DNA of 64,000 nt from Podarcis cretensis. Taxonomy: Eukaryota. The stretch is taken from assembly GCA_951804945.1 (NCBI GenBank), contig OX638150.1, positions 45,260,001 through 45,324,000 on the forward strand. Direction: 5' to 3'. Below are positions 24,793-39,481 of the stretch, one piece after another. Both the position numbers and the translations under genes were made by a program. Numbering within the stretch: position 1 is the stretch's first letter; every line of letters begins with the position of its first letter. A model generated the notes under the pieces. That model did no database searches, was not told the DNA's origin, and was given only the letters and a program-made list of their open reading frames with translations.

Positions 24793-24870
24793 CAACAACA
24801 ACAATAATTTATTATTTATACCCCACCCATCTGGCTGGGTTTCCCCAGCCACTCTGGGCAGTTTCCAACC
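24761..24870 (-). mobile_element. L2-type 3' end with (AAT)n(AAC)n tail
   Basis: tttataccccacccatctggctgggtttccccagccactctgggc; the same motif appears reversed at 62131-62231. Confidence 0.6.
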
Positions 24871-26804
24871 GAATACTAAAAACAAAGCAACATTTGTTGT
24901 AGCTGATCATTGGATTACTGCGCCAGGAGGTTAAAAAGATTTGTTTGCATTATCAGTTTTGTTGGAATGGCAACACAAAAACTCTTTCAACCTCTGATTT
25001 GTGTATAACTGTTGGGTGAATGAATCACAAGTTGAAAGAAAGTAAACAAACCATGACAAGGCCAGTGTCTCATGAGCTGTTCCTATTCTGCCTTGGGACA
25101 CAATCTAGAGTCATCATTCACAGACCCACATAAAAGTGACTTGTCAATTTTTCTGTCAGGGACAAGAGGGTTTGAACTAGGAATTGTGGGGTCTAGGTTT
25201 GGGACCTAAGCTGAACTGTAGACTGTGCATGTTCTCAGGCTTCAGAGCTTTTTTCAGGCACAAAAGGACTTTGCAGCATCAAGTCGTGTGACTGGTGAAG
25301 CCTGATACAAATCCTAGAAGCCATGTCTTTTACTGCTGTATGGTCAGAGATGCAGAACCTATTTGCTACTCTTCAAGCCTAGACCTGGGGTTGGGTGCAG
25401 TTCCACTCAGCTCTGGACAGCCTTGGCAAATGTCAAGACAAGTCAACAAGGGCATGTGACTGAAGGCAGTGGAATTCCTTGTCTGCATTGCCTGGAGTTT
25501 TTACCCCAATGTAGCCAGAGGCAATACTATGGTGTAAAGAAGTCCATGGTAACATATATTATCAGGATTCAGCTCGGTAAACTATTTTAATTCTGGAATT
25601 TGAAATGCCCATTAAGAGAAGAAGCCATACTCCTGCAAAGTAGAATTCTGTTTCAACCTTACCCAAATTTTACCTAAGAATACAATACTACATGTTGAGA
25701 TAGGAGTGTAGTAAAAGATACAAAGTGACACCATTGGTTCATTAGCTGGGTACTTCTCTATAACGATGGGCATAGAGGCTTTCCAAAGTTCAGGCAGGAT
25801 CTTTCCCAGCCCTGTGAAACAAGAACCTAGAGACTGAACTTGGGGTCTTCTGCATGCAAAATATGTTTTCTCTCCAGCTTTGAACCCTCCGCATAGTCTG
25901 AGGAATTACCAGCAAGGTAAGAATATTTTGTAATTTTTAGATTAAATATATTGCAAGAAAAGTAGCTAAGGTTGCAAAACTCTATGGTCCCTGAAAAGGT
26001 GACCTAAGCCATACGGTCTTCTGGATCTCCCTGAAAAGAGAGGTCTGCTCTCTCAGGGGAAGATCTGGATTTATAAGCCTCTCTGTGAGGCAATGGAGAT
26101 GTCTGCAGCTAGTGCTCCTCCAACCAAATTAGAAAGGGGTGGAAAAACCTGTGCCCCACTCTTTCCACATGAACTGGCAGGGCATAGGTTCTTCTAATTG
26201 TATTTCTCCCCACTTCCCACCTCATATAGGTTTGCTCCACTAAGTAAACAGTGCTAATATAAATTGCAATGATTTTAAGCTAATTCGGAGAAGAAATTGT
26301 TTTAGCTGGGTTGTGATGACTCAAATTCTGAATCTTAAATGTAAATTTAATAGGTAATAGTACACAACAATGCTGAACACCAGCACAAAACATCGCACAA
26401 TCTGGCTGAGCTGAAGCACTTGTATTTACCTCGATTTACTCGATTTAAAAATTATCTCTAAATATTTCATCCAAACTGGTTCAAAAGAAAGCTTTTCAGT
26501 GCTTAAATATATGTAAACCTGACCAGCCTCCAAAATTAGAACAGGAAGCACATTCAAAGGGCAAGAGCCAAAGTAACATTAGTGCAAGAAAAGCTGCTGC
26601 TTCACAGGTGAGCTTTGTTGTGCGATGGGTATCACAAGTGGAAGTAGCGTAACAGCACAAAAAGTAAATGATAGAGTTAAGCTGTGCAACAATTCCACCA
26701 TTCTAAGTCACCCATTGGATTCGGCTGTTATGTTATGTTAGGAATGGAGCTTCTGTTATGGGTAGCTGGCACAACAGGATATATGTTGAGCAAAAAGTGC
26801 TTAC

Positions 26805-26957
26805 CTAAAGCCACTCTGGCAGCTGAAGCATCATAATTTATCCAGAATGAAACCCAGGAGAGAATAGTGATCAGAATGGAAGGCATATAGGTCTGAAGTA
26901 TGAAGTAGCCAATGTTTCTCTTGAGTTTGAAACTGAGTGATAGCCTTGGATAGGAAC
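26805..26957 (-). CDS. GABRB2: GABA-A receptor beta-2 coding exon (153 nt, loop C, M1, start of M2)
   Basis: Not in the ORF track; translated by hand as (G)[50 protein letters not shown](G). Acceptor ttctgttctag, donor gtaagc. Confidence 0.97.
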
Positions 26958-28579
26958 CTAGAACAGAATTTATGTTTAGAAGGTCAAGTTTCAGTTCTGT
27001 AGCCCTGCAAACACATTGTTAACATTTACAACCCGCAGACTTTTATTGTAATTCAACACCCATAAGGCAAAAATACAATTTATTATTAAACAAACAAAAT
27101 GCCAGTTTCTTTAATCTGTGCCTAAACAAAGATGTCAAAGGTTCACTGCGCCTTTGCTAGCAGGTGTGCATACACCGAAACCATTAAGCTTTGCAGTAGC
27201 TCAGCATCCAATATTGCATTTTGACCTTTGCATGTTCTACCTTGCTATGGTCACTTTGAAATCACCTGAAGTGCTAGGCTCAGAAACTGGTTCATATACT
27301 CATAGCCACAAATTCAGGTAAGCAGAGTTGTATTCATTCTGTACTAGCTGTCATATCAATCAAACATAACAAGTTGTCATGTTGGGTATTTATGGCATGA
27401 TTCTGCTCCTTCATCATTATCTTCTTGGCAGGTGATGCCAGAACAAGTAAAAACTCAAAATAGCCCCTGTGTAACCAAATAAGCGAACAGTGGAAAAGAC
27501 CAGGCTGGGAAAAGGGAAATGAAAGGGGATGAGAAGTAAAAACACCAGAAACAGAGCAATATTTAAAACTGTTTAGGCTCTGAGGTTTGTTTAGGCCTCC
27601 CACACAAACCTCCTGTGAGAGGAGCAAAATTCTGATCCTTATACTTTCAAACCACTGATCTCTGCTCCCAAGAAAAATCAAACTGGGACAACTGTTCTGC
27701 ACAAATCCATGAAATGCAAAAGTGGTATTTGCAATCAGACTTGATTAGCAGTCCGGATAGTTACATCCTGTTCTCTTGAGGGTTGCTTGTTAGTTAACCC
27801 CCCCCCAAAAAAAGACAGCCCCACTGAACTAGGATTGGAAGTCTGTGTAGCAGAAGCAGGAGTTGGACATCTGAGGAATGTACTGCCCCCACCCGAAGCC
27901 TCGCTTATCGGGGTTGCACAACAGCAAGATCTCACGAGAGTTGAATGAGATCTTGCTGGAAGCTGTGACTGCTTCTCCTCGCTTCCATAGTGGTGGTGGC
28001 AGGGGCGCCACCCCATGGGATTCCACCATCCAAGGCTGCTGCCTCAGTCCGCCTCATGGGCAGGCTGGCCCTGAAAAAGGGGAGGGGGTGGTATCAAATT
28101 ATGATTCCATATGGTGTCATCAGGCATAAGAAAAGGGCATCCATATATTTTAATAATGAAAGTGTATGGGAAAAGTAGCTTGCTTTTTTATCAGCTTTGA
28201 GAGTGGCTGCAGAAAATAGAAAATAGTTTATTCGTTCAGATCAATTAAGGTTGATACCCTTTTAAAACAACAACAACCCACACTGGCTGAATACAAAAGT
28301 ATTTATTATATGTACACCACAGTCCTATACATGTTTCTTTATGTACTGTGTTCAATGGGACTAACTTCTAGGCAAGCATGAATAGGACAGCAGGTTTAGT
28401 GCACCTGACACGGCACAGTTATTTTAATAAGGAATAAATTGTAGTGGTTTGCCTATTCAGTGCTCATTTGTTTATTCTTTATACGATCCATGCAGTTAGT
28501 CATTATGTACTATCCAAAACAACTGATGGGAAGCTTTTCAGCAAGCAGATAGATGCATTTCCTTTGTGGCACCCCTTCA

Positions 28580-28804
<225 letters not shown>

Positions 28805-31800
28805 TTACTTTGGTTTATTCTTATTCGAGATAAATATTTACAAAGTTCAAATGCACTGAGCACTTCTGCTATGCATACTCTGTACATTTCAACTGGCCTT
28901 GATTTAATCTGGGACAAGTGAAACAGAAGCCACTTAGGAACAGGAATCAGAAACCGATTGGTAAGAATAGAGAAAGGGACTTTTTTGTTATGGTACCTTG
29001 AGAGCAGCTAGAAGACTGTCTGCCTCAACCCATTCCTCCTCTCACTTTTGTTGTTTTCACTTGATATATTGTTTTGTTGTTTTAAAAACTTATGAAGCAG
29101 TAGGGAAATGGGTTAAAAATCCTGAGACAAATAAATAAGAGAAATAACTACTAGCTTATAGCCTAAACTGATGAGCCTAGCTAGTAGCTGACAGATTCAG
29201 ATTTTTGACAGAGGAATCCAGAAGTACAAGGTGAAAGACAGATTTAACAAAAATAAAATCTGCATTTCTATTTTGCATTAATTTAATCCTCTTATACCCA
29301 GTTTGTACAACAATAGCAGCTGTTTAGAGCTTTGATTATTTATATACATACCTAATAATCATCTACCTTTTTTAAAAAAAAAAAAAAAAAACCACTCTTA
29401 AAAGTTAAAACTCCTTTTTTCAAACAATCACATTTCTGTCAATGTGCTTAGAAAGAATGTCAGGGAGTAATCATGGAAAGTGAGGAAGATTTACGGCAGG
29501 GCTGTTGGGCTGCAAATGAGATATTTCTTCCCATTCCTCCAAGGCTGCACTTGCTTCTTTAAGTCTGCCTTTCCAGTACTTACAGCATGTGCTAAACAGA
29601 CTTTTCTGAGTCAGAGCTCATGACTGCTGGGTGTGTGGTGACCAGGAACACCGCACCAGCTCAACGATCATGCTAAACTGCCTCTCACCATTACTGGACT
29701 GCATCCCCCTGCAGGCAAAGTGCCTGAATGGAAAAGGAATGTCACTTGTGCAGCTTGTTGATGACACCAGCAAAGAAACTGTGGGACTGATGCAGGAAAT
29801 GACAAGCGGCAATTGAGAGAAAAATCAAAGGCTCGGCAGAGGAGTATCAACGTGATCCTCCAGTTTTAGATATATAAATCTGACTCCGATTCCTCTTATC
29901 TGATTCATGAGTTCTGTAGCGGGCAGACCCAACAGGGGTCTATTTAGCTATTTAGGGATGCTATTTAGCTAAAAATGAAGAATTTAAATTAGTTATGCTC
30001 AAGTGCAGTTTAAGTTCCACCGCAATCCAATGAATATACTTTGGGAAATAATCAAAAGCATATTGTTTTCCTAGAAATAGACTCTTCTGATTCATAGTAA
30101 GCAAGCAAATAAAACAGACTAGAAACAGAGCCCCCTTTTCTTTCCCCCTCTGCACTCCCAAAATCTGCCCTGAAGGGTCCACCAACCCCACCCCCCATAG
30201 AGTTTGAAAGTGTGTGGGGAGATGCAGGGTAGAGGAGGGTAGGGGGAGGAAATGAAGGTGAATTTTTGTGTGAGTGGAATCTTGCACACAGATAGCTTTG
30301 GATACAGTGCTAATAACTATTTACAGGCCCTTCTGAGCCATTTACAGCACAATCCTATCCATGTTTGCTCAGAGGTAAACCCCACTGAATCCAGTAAACT
30401 TAATCTCTGGTGAACGGATAGAGAACTGCAACATTAATTGCTTTTACTTCCCTCATTGCTATCACGGACTTAATTCTATACCGAAGCCTGAGAAATATTT
30501 CATGCTTCAAAAATGTATGTTTTCATGCTCTTAAGCAGTTATTAGCATCTCTGGAAACATTTTTCATTTTTCAAAAAAAGAAGAAGTTATTTTGGTAGCA
30601 TGAAATATGGAGCTTAAATCAGGGGCAAACATGATGATGTCCTTGAACTTTATTTCCACTATTGTTCCTTGTTGCCTGCAGCATTCACTCTTTGCTTTCG
30701 CTGGAAAAAGCGGACACCAACATGTTGTTTCCTACTGAGTTAACCATATGATTGCTTCTCAAAGGCAGCTGGAAGCACTGATTAGTGACATCATCCATTC
30801 ATTCTGTTTCCATCAAAGGTGAGCACAGACCACATGTATAATATTTCTTTATGTTTCCTGTTTGAAATCTCCAAACAATTTTTGTTAGCATCTTGCAGAG
30901 CTCTTTGACAATATCTCTAATATATATTTGTGTAACATTGTCATCATGGTGCAATCTATGTGGCTGACCACAGATAGCACACTACAGTAGAATGACAATT
31001 ACGAGAACATGACAGTGAAGACTGGAAGACGGGGCAAGTCTAAGCCTGGGGCGGAGGAGGTAGCGAGGGCAGAGGAAGGAAGGTGACCTGTTGAGGAGGC
31101 AGAGGTGATGTGTGAGGCAGAGCACAAGAAGGACGGGGGGGGGGGGCTTCAAAACACACCACAGGCATCAACATGCTGCTAAAAGGAAGGTGAAAAGAAG
31201 GTGCATTGAAATTCTAACTTCAAGAGTTCATAGCATGATGTCAGTTGTTGAATTTGAACTGCAAGGCACATCCTGATAAGGATCCAGCCCGCAGAACCAA
31301 AACAGTTCCCCACTTCTGGCCTAAGGTGGGGAGGAGGGCAGTGTGAGAGGTGCAAGTGGGAGCAGGGGGGGGGGTTGCAAGGGGAGAAAGCATGGGCACA
31401 GGTCCTGCAAGTTATAGAAGAACATACAGAAAAAATGCATCAAATCCGAAATACATTTATACAGAATCTAGCTTCACCGACATCGGTGAAAATGGTTTCA
31501 ATCTGAGGAAATGTCTGAATGAAGATTGAGTTGGAAATTCAATGTCCAACTTCTTTTATTAGGCCATACATAAACACATGCACACTACCACAGTAGTTTT
31601 ATCAAGGCATCAGTTCTCTCTTATCGATAATGAACTGGATTTCCCCATTGCCACCCAACAGAGGTCTGAATAAGAACTGTTTTAATACACAGGCTGCAGC
31701 ATTTTCATCTGAACAAAATTCAGTGAATGAATCATTCATTTCTTAAGGATTAACTGGGTCATTATATTTAATCCTTCTCTAAACTGGTGGACATGTGTTC

Positions 31801-32839
31801 CGCTTGACTGTAACATTTTCACTGGATTTGTGTCACATTATGTTTACTTGCTTCTTAAAAGACTGAAAAACTAATGTGCTGTAGAAAACCAACTCTACTG
31901 CATTTTAAGATCCATTACCTGATTTTTCTGTATGTTCAGATACACAAATATATATACTGTTTTAATGTACTTGCTGAGATCAGTAAGGGAGCACCACCAC
32001 CAGGGACAAGTGCCTAACGCCTAGTGCATGTGTGATCCAGTTGTATGAAGGAGATAAATACAACAGTTCTAGCCTAATATTAGACACAGCCCAATAATTG
32101 GTGATGGTGTCATGATTAGACCTCTGATTCTTCCAATATCCTAATTTCTTGAAACATGTAGAGCCCCAAATTTTAATATATCCCTGAGAAAGCATCTGAA
32201 AAGGGTATTTAATAAGTCTTATTTCTGAAACATTCACATCTCAGGGCAGCACCTACAGTCACGAGAAACTGACACTAAATTTATTTAGGAATGTTTTGTC
32301 ATAGGGACAGGCCCTCTGTGACAGAAGGACACCCTCAAATGCTCTCTAGTGTTAATCTGGATTAGATATGGGTATGTCCTTACTAGGCTCTGCTCTTTTG
32401 CAATATCACTGTACCTATGAATATAAGTCCCTCATCTAGTAAATGTGGCCAATACTGCATGGAAAATATTATCTCTGAGAAATAATAAAAAAGCATACAC
32501 TTGTAAACCAAAAATACTCAAAATTTGCAAAATTAAGTCAATATACAGAATAAGAGATTTTGATGCAAAAATTAAAAGTTTAGAAACATATTGTTTCTGT
32601 TCGAGCGCTTAAAAATTCATTAGTATGGAAAGGTGGGGTTGGAAACCCTTAATTTTTGTGATGTAGCCCCTCTCCCCCGACAGCTACAGTTCTTAGCAAG
32701 GTAGAATGGGATGATGGCTTAGATACAATTGGTGAGAGTCATGTGGTGGGATTTCTAGATTTCTTTAAGGGCACCCCTAACCATTTCTCCATAATCCACC
32801 CCCCACCCCCACCCCAATTTAATAAATAATAAATTAGAC

Positions 32840-32975
32840 CAGGCATAGGCAAACTCGGCCCTCCAGATATTTTGGGACTACAACTCCCACCGTCCCTGAT
32901 CACTGGTCCTGTTAGCTAGGGATGATGGGAGTTGTAGTCCCAAAACATCTGGAGGGCCAAGTTTGCCTGTACCTG
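32840..32975. mobile_element. hAT-type palindromic MITE
   Basis: caggcataggcaaactcggccctccagat...atctggagggccaagtttgcctgtacctg folds back along almost its whole length. 8-bp TSD aattagac/gattagac. Confidence 0.85.
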
Positions 32976-33221
32976 GATTAGACAAATTAATGGAGGCTAT
33001 CAGTGGCTACTAGTCTTCATAGCCATATGCTGCTTCTAGGATCAAATGCACTCAGCCTCTGAACACAGTTGCTGGGGATAGGGAATAACAGCAAGAGACT
33101 ACTGTTCCCACATGCCCTTGCTGTGAGCTGCCCATAAGCATCTGGTTAGCCACTGTGAGAAAGGTGTTGGGCTAGATTTGCCTTTAATCTGATCCAGCAG
33201 AGCTCTCCATGTATTCTTATG
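32976..33221 (+). mobile_element. Decayed CR1 3' end
   Basis: gattagacaaattaatggagg..catctggttagccactgtgag..tctgatccagcagagctct..ttcttatg resembles reptile CR1 3' UTRs as recalled. Confidence 0.5.
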
Positions 33222-36200
33222 ATTCGACAAAGTACACATACCTCTGTACTTCCCGGGATTATCTGGTGTTTTGGAACAGAAAGATTTGATATTTATATAT
33301 TACTCATTTTTCTGAAAGGCTTACCACTGACACCTGAACATTCCCACAAATATACCACAAAAGCTAAATGCCATCACTCAAGTGAAAAATTAACACAAAA
33401 TCTAAAATGCAGATACCAGTTGTTGTGGAATGTTACAGAATAGATTGTAGACATACTGAAACCTGCAGCCTGCCATTGCATCTCTCTTTCACTAAAAAGT
33501 GAAGAGAATGCAATTTATTACAAATTCTATGTATCGTTTATAAAAGTGCCCAAAATTTTCTTGTTTGCTTCAGTTGTAATTGGCTATTAAAACTGTAGGT
33601 TGGGCTGACCAAGCTATTCTTCCTGGGCTTATAATTTGTTCACTCTGTTTCACACCTGGACATAATAATTCATTCTTCTGTACAGTACTGACTACTATCC
33701 CAGGTAACCTCTGCTATTTCACAAATCCACAGAAAACAAGCATAATCTCCATGACCCAGATCAAGCTACTACAACAAGAGAATTTTAGCAATGTCAGCAG
33801 CACCTGCAGGACTTCTCAAAACACCATTTCAACTTTCCTTTTCATCGTTATGATAACACCATTACTTGCTGTAGCAGAGCAACGAAGCTATGTAGTCCCT
33901 GATCCAAATCTCGACCCAAGGATGTTTTCCATCCCTCCTCTATATCAGATGCTATGGCATACTATGTAAATGCAGAAATGGTCCATCAAAGATGCTTATT
34001 TTGCCATACAAATTTTCATCAGGTGCTGATGTACTCAGTTAAACCTGGACATGCTACTTATAGTCTCTGCAGGCCGTTTAACAATTTTGACTTTTACACT
34101 GAAGGAAACTGAAATCCAAAATAAGAGGTCAAATCAAAACAACAAACAAACAATAAACCCAATTTGGCAAAAATCAATAAATAAAAGAGGGTTGGGGGAA
34201 GAGAAGTGGCATTATTTATAAAATATGATGGTTATGAACAATCTTAACAGTGCCTTTTTGGCACTGAAAAGACAACAAAAATGTATGTGCCGGGATGTGC
34301 CAGAAACCCCAAAATTTTCATTCTAGCTTCCAGTACAAAATTAAAAGATTAATGAAACATAACCAGTGAAATGAGGCACAACAATACCTTCTAAGTCAAG
34401 CTTTCCACACAAGCACACTAATATGTAACATCTAACCCCTATCCCCACTTGCTTGGCAGGCTAACATGGTAGTGAATTAGAACCTTGAATAGAAGAAGTG
34501 GATAACATCTGGCAACTCCAATAATGCTGGCAGTGAAATTGCATTAGTGCTCTGCTTTGCTTAATTATTCCACAGTTATATCACAAATATAGGTTGCAAG
34601 GCATAAATCATAATTCCCAAACATAATGCCCACAATGTAAAGTTACCAATTTCCTTTGTTGAAAGGGAAACGTACAACATGCCTATGGGGAATTTCCACT
34701 CTGTTCACCAAACACTGTATTCGCGCCACTTGGGTTTTGGCACATGTGCCATAACATGAGTGTGTTTCATTAATCTGCACCATCTTTGGCTGGTATGCCA
34801 ATTGTTTCCGTTTCCTGGAGAGAGGTCTGCCTCAGCCACAGTAATCCATGCTCTAGTCATGCCCTGGCCTGGGTACTGTAATCTATGGTACTGTGCTCTC
34901 TGTTGGGGCTGCATTTGAACTTTCCTTCAGCTAGTTCAAAATACAGCTGCCAGAGTCCTGACAGCTCGACCATGTAATACCACTTGGGCATGGAAGCTGG
35001 CTCATGTAACACCATCATTACAGCAAGTGCACTGTTTGCCAATGCATTCCTAAGTGCTAGCTTTAATAATTAAAGCTTTTAACAAATTTGGCTTGATATA
35101 TCTGAAGGACTGTCTAAAGTGTTGATATCAAATTGACCATAGGTTAAGATTAACAACAGAGCCCTCCTAGTCTGCCCACCAGTTAGTTCAGGGAGGTCCT
35201 TTTCTGTGGTAACCTCACAGCTCTTGAACTTCATAACAACTTATTTCTGAAAGGCTACCACACAACAGTGTTTTCAAAAGCCTTGGAAATCTACCTGTTT
35301 CAGGTAGTCTTCACATGACAGATATCTCTGAAGGCTTTATTGAGCTTTTAATTGTACTATGAAATTATGTTGTATTAGGGTTGCCATATGAGGGGTACCC
35401 AGAAAAATGAGTACCTATTCATGTTTAAAAATAAAAATAAATTTCCATCTGAGTTACAAGTAATTTTCAAGAGATGTAAACAAAGTAATTCATTCTGACA
35501 TTTCATTTTGGCCTTTCTGGACATAGTAACCTGTTGTATGGTATCTCTAAGCAGTAACATGAAAGGGTACAAGGATTTCTTACTCATGTTCACAAAATGG
35601 TTTTCAATAGTATACATGGATTTCTTCCTTTAGCAGTTCATCTAAGTCTCAGCATGACAAGAGACAATAGGGCAACAACTCTAGGTCCTGTATGGTGCCA
35701 GCCTATAAAGACCTGCATTTTGCAAGCAGATTCTTCCAAGAGGTTAACCTACTCTTCCAAGTTCTCTCAGTGGTAGCCTCTTAATTATGTCAATATGCAT
35801 ATGAGTGTTACATAATCTTGCCTCCTGGGCTAGAAAAGCAGGATATCTGCATGCAAATATTCATTAAAAAGAAGCCAGCAATAATATCGTAATATCTTTA
35901 CATACATAAAAGGAACTTGGCCTCAAAGCAAAAGATGACACACTACATTTGTATGCAAAGAACACCACACAGGCTCATTTATGCCTGGGTATGTGAGTCT
36001 TGTACCGACAGCAGAATGTATTAATAATAAAACAATGAAATAAACCAGCACAGGAGGGCTTCAGATTTAGGGGATGATTGGAGAATACTAAGCCATGATC
36101 TAAAGAAACCCGGGACTGTTGGAAACTTGATCATATGCTGCTGGAGCTCAGAGGAAGAATATGTGACTGCGTGCCTAGTCAAGTAAAGAAGTTTAGCACA

Positions 36201-37549
36201 GCATAGTCTGGGGGTGATCCATATTCTAAAGAGTAATCCATAGTGTGGCACAAGTACCTTACAGGGTTTATGGAACATGATTTTTCTTCCTGTCATATCT
36301 CAGGCTTTTCTGTGCATAACACAGCAGAGCGTGGAAACTCATGTCTGCATAGGGTTTCTCTTTGCTGGATCAGGATGAGGGACTAAAATGAACTAGCCAA
36401 GAATGGATGAGAAGCCTCCTCTCAGGGGAGAGCTCAGAGTTGTGAAACTGCATCACAGCAGTAGGGAAACTCAGGCAAATATGCCCCTCCAGGCCTCTCC
36501 ATCTAGGGTACTTTCCCTATGCCATGCTCCCCTCCTCAGGCTACACCCCCTCTTCTGAGGCTCCCCATATCCCTCACTACCTGTGTTCTGCATCCTCCCT
36601 GAGTGCTTTTGCCTGGTGAAATATGTCTGTAAACTGACAATACCTATTTCTTGCCTGGGTGGAGAAGTCTCTGTGTGCAGAAATCTCCGGCTTCTACATG
36701 GTTGCAGTACAACCTAATCACATCTGTTGCCTAACCCACTTTTGCCTCTGCCCTCTTCCTTCAGTGGAAGGTTGCTTATAAGAAAATGCAGCTTTTAGGC
36801 TAATAAAGGTTTCCAACTCTGCTATATAATTTAAAGAGACTTCATTAAATTTTGTCACCTAAGGTCACAAAAAGAAAGAAAGAAAAAGGACACAGCCTTA
36901 ATTTATTTGAGCAGAAGTTTATCTTCCGGTAATCGTTTAAAACCGCATTCAGCACAGTTCCAAGTTTTCAACGATTTATCTGTACACTGGAAAAATGCCT
37001 GCCAGATTGTGGGAATGTACTGTATAAGAAAAGAAGCCCCCAAATACAACTGGCAACTGCAACCTCCCTTCCCGCTCTCAAATGAATTTCACCAGCTTTC
37101 CTTTTTGTAGCTCCCTCTTTTCTTCTCTGTTAGGTGCTGTGTTTGTTTGTTTGCTTGCTTGCTCCATACAGAACTTGGGGCTTCCTTGCCCTCTGCTGCC
37201 TACTCCACTTTTCCCCTTTCTAGCTATTTGACCCTTCTCTCTGAGGTCTTCTCCCACCACCCTTGTTGGCCCCACCTTCCCCACAACTCTCCCCCCCCCC
37301 CAGGACACTAGTTTTGCCTAATACATCTCCTCTGAGGCACTTTGGAGGTAGTCATCCACAGATGCTCTGATCTGGATGCAGTATGAGCAGAGATGACTTG
37401 GCCACTGTTGGGATAAGTTCCAGTTCTCCTGGCGCAAGGATGTTGACTCAAATGTGTTTGTCCTGCCACATGTACTTCCTGACCGCTGCTGATCCCAGTT
37501 TATAAGAGTTAGCTGGAGGGGAGTGGCTGAATTTGCCCAGGGGTTGGTG

Positions 37550-38940
37550 AGACAGTGAAGGCACTGACCCAGAGCCTGGAGGTGCTAATGGCCTGGATGA
37601 GGGCCAATAAATGAATTGTGACAAGATGATACTCTACTGGTGGGTTGCTTTGATCTCAAGATAATGGGTAGATGCCCTGTTTTGGATTGGGGTCAACTCA
37701 CTTGAAGAAGTACCCACAGCACCTGCTCCTTCAAGGGAGTTTAACTCCTTGAAGATTCCATGGAGGCTGCAGCTAGTGCAGCATGCTACCTATTCTCCAT
37801 GATCTGCACATGGTGCAGTGACCAAATACTTAGAATCATAGAATCATAGAATCATAGAATCATAGAGTTGGAAGAGACCACAAGGGCCATCGAGTCCAAC
37901 CCCCTGCCAAGCAGGAAACACCATCAGAGCACTCCTGACATATGGTTGTCAAGCCTCTGCTTAAAGACCTCCAAAGAAGGAGACTCCACCACACTCCTTG
38001 GCAGCAAATTCCACTGTCGAACAGCTCTTACTGTCAGGAAGTTCTTCCTAATGTTTAGGTGGAATCTTCTTTCTTGTAGTTTGGAACCATTGCTCCGTGT
38101 CCGCTTCTCTGGAGCAGCAGAAAACAACCTTTTCCCCTCCTCTATGTGACATCCTTTTATATATTTGAACATGGCTATCATATCACCCCTTAACCTCCTC
38201 TTCTCCAGGCTAAACATGCCCAGCTCCCTTAGCCGTTCCTCATAAGGCATCGTTTCCAGGCCTTTGACCATTTTGGTTGCCCTCCTCTGGACACGTTCCA
38301 GTTTGTCAGTGTCCTTCTTGAACTGTGGTGCCCAGAACTGGACACAGTACTCCAGGTGAGGTCTGACCAGAGCAGAATACAGTGGCACTATTACTTCCCT
38401 TGATCTAGATGCTATACTCCTATTGATGCAGCCCAGAATTGCATTGGCTTTTTTAGCTGCTGCGTCACACTGTTGGCTCATGTCAAGTCTGTGGTCAACC
38501 AAGACTCCTAGATTGACCACAAACTTGATGAAGTGCCTCTTCTGGTATGTCCTAGCCTGACCATGGAGATCAGTAGAGGGTACCACCAAAGAAAGGCTAA
38601 GGGATGGCAACTTAGCTGAGGACCTTCTCTCTGTGGAATTCCCAGCCTCTGGAGGCCTGTCTGTCATCACCTATACTCCAATTCTCTTGGATACTGAAGA
38701 CATGCTACTTTACCCAGGCCTTTGAATCTTATTGAGGTTGCTCTTTAGGGTCAGTGAATTTAACAATCTATGGGAATGTTTTATCTTGTTTGCTGTTTAA
38801 AGGCTTGAGATTATCTATTATGCTTTTGTATTGTTGTCTACCTGTGTATTTTATATTCTTATTCTGAGCTGCTCAGCAATTTTTAAAAATTAAGATTGAT
38901 CTATAAATGGATTTAATAAATAAATGAACTAAATGAACTA
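37550..38940 (+). mobile_element. Old L2 fragment interrupted by a younger CR1
   Basis: Left part cagagcctggaggtgctaatggcctggatgagggccaataaa (L2 ..LE....WMRANK). Right part gaggaccttctctctgtgg..ctgaagacatgctactttacccaggcctttga resembles the L2 ORF2 C-terminus and is followed by an AT-rich tail. Confidence 0.55.
37832..38511 (-). mobile_element. Young 5'-truncated CR1 LINE (ORF2 C-terminus and 3' UTR)
   Basis: Uninterrupted frame [29 protein letters not shown]...[19 protein letters not shown]...RRLRGDMI...WNLLP, plus an (ATTCTATG)n octamer tail at 37832-37866. Confidence 0.96.
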
Positions 38941-39173
38941 AATAATGCTGTCATTTACTTTCCTTCTCAGACATTATTTTGCGCTTAACAGTGCTCACTT
39001 TCTAAAATATATTCTCAGAAGAAATGTTTGAACAGCAGTTTTGAACCAGCAAGAGAGCCTTTGGGGCATAATTTGTGCTGTGAAAATGCCACCTGCCTGT
39101 GTGTTGAAGGCATTTTCCTTCCAGCTCACTGCATACCTAGAGCATTTGGACACCCTAGTCAGAACTCTCACTC

Positions 39174-39481
39174 GCACAGAGGATGCCTGTTTTCAATCTG
39201 CTTGTGAAAATTATCAGAGATCGCAAAGAAAGGAATATACGATAACAACAAGAAGAGAAAGAAAGTAATAAAGGACTATCTAGATTGAACTGGATAGAAC
39301 TGTCTAATTAAAGCAGTAATATAAGTGATGTTTGGACTCGTTCGGAGTTTTGGACTCGTGTGGAGCTTGATGTATGGGTACCCCCAACAAAATTTAAAAT
39401 TTGGCTGTATAATTTGGAACTAATGTGATTTGGATAATGTGATGTGATTGGCCTGTTAATAAAAATTATTTAAAAAGAAGA
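39174..39481 (+). mobile_element. 5'-truncated retroposed insert, probably an L1-clade 3' end
   Basis: Flanked by a perfect 17-bp direct repeat agtcagaactctcactc (39157-39173 and 39482-39498). Ends in AATAAA and an A-rich tail. Confidence 0.75.

Noticed and set aside
37924-38670. 248-aa ORF as a host gene
   Set aside because: It is the CR1 ORF2 C-terminus fused by chance to flanking sequence, 5'-truncated and ending in the CR1 octamer tail.
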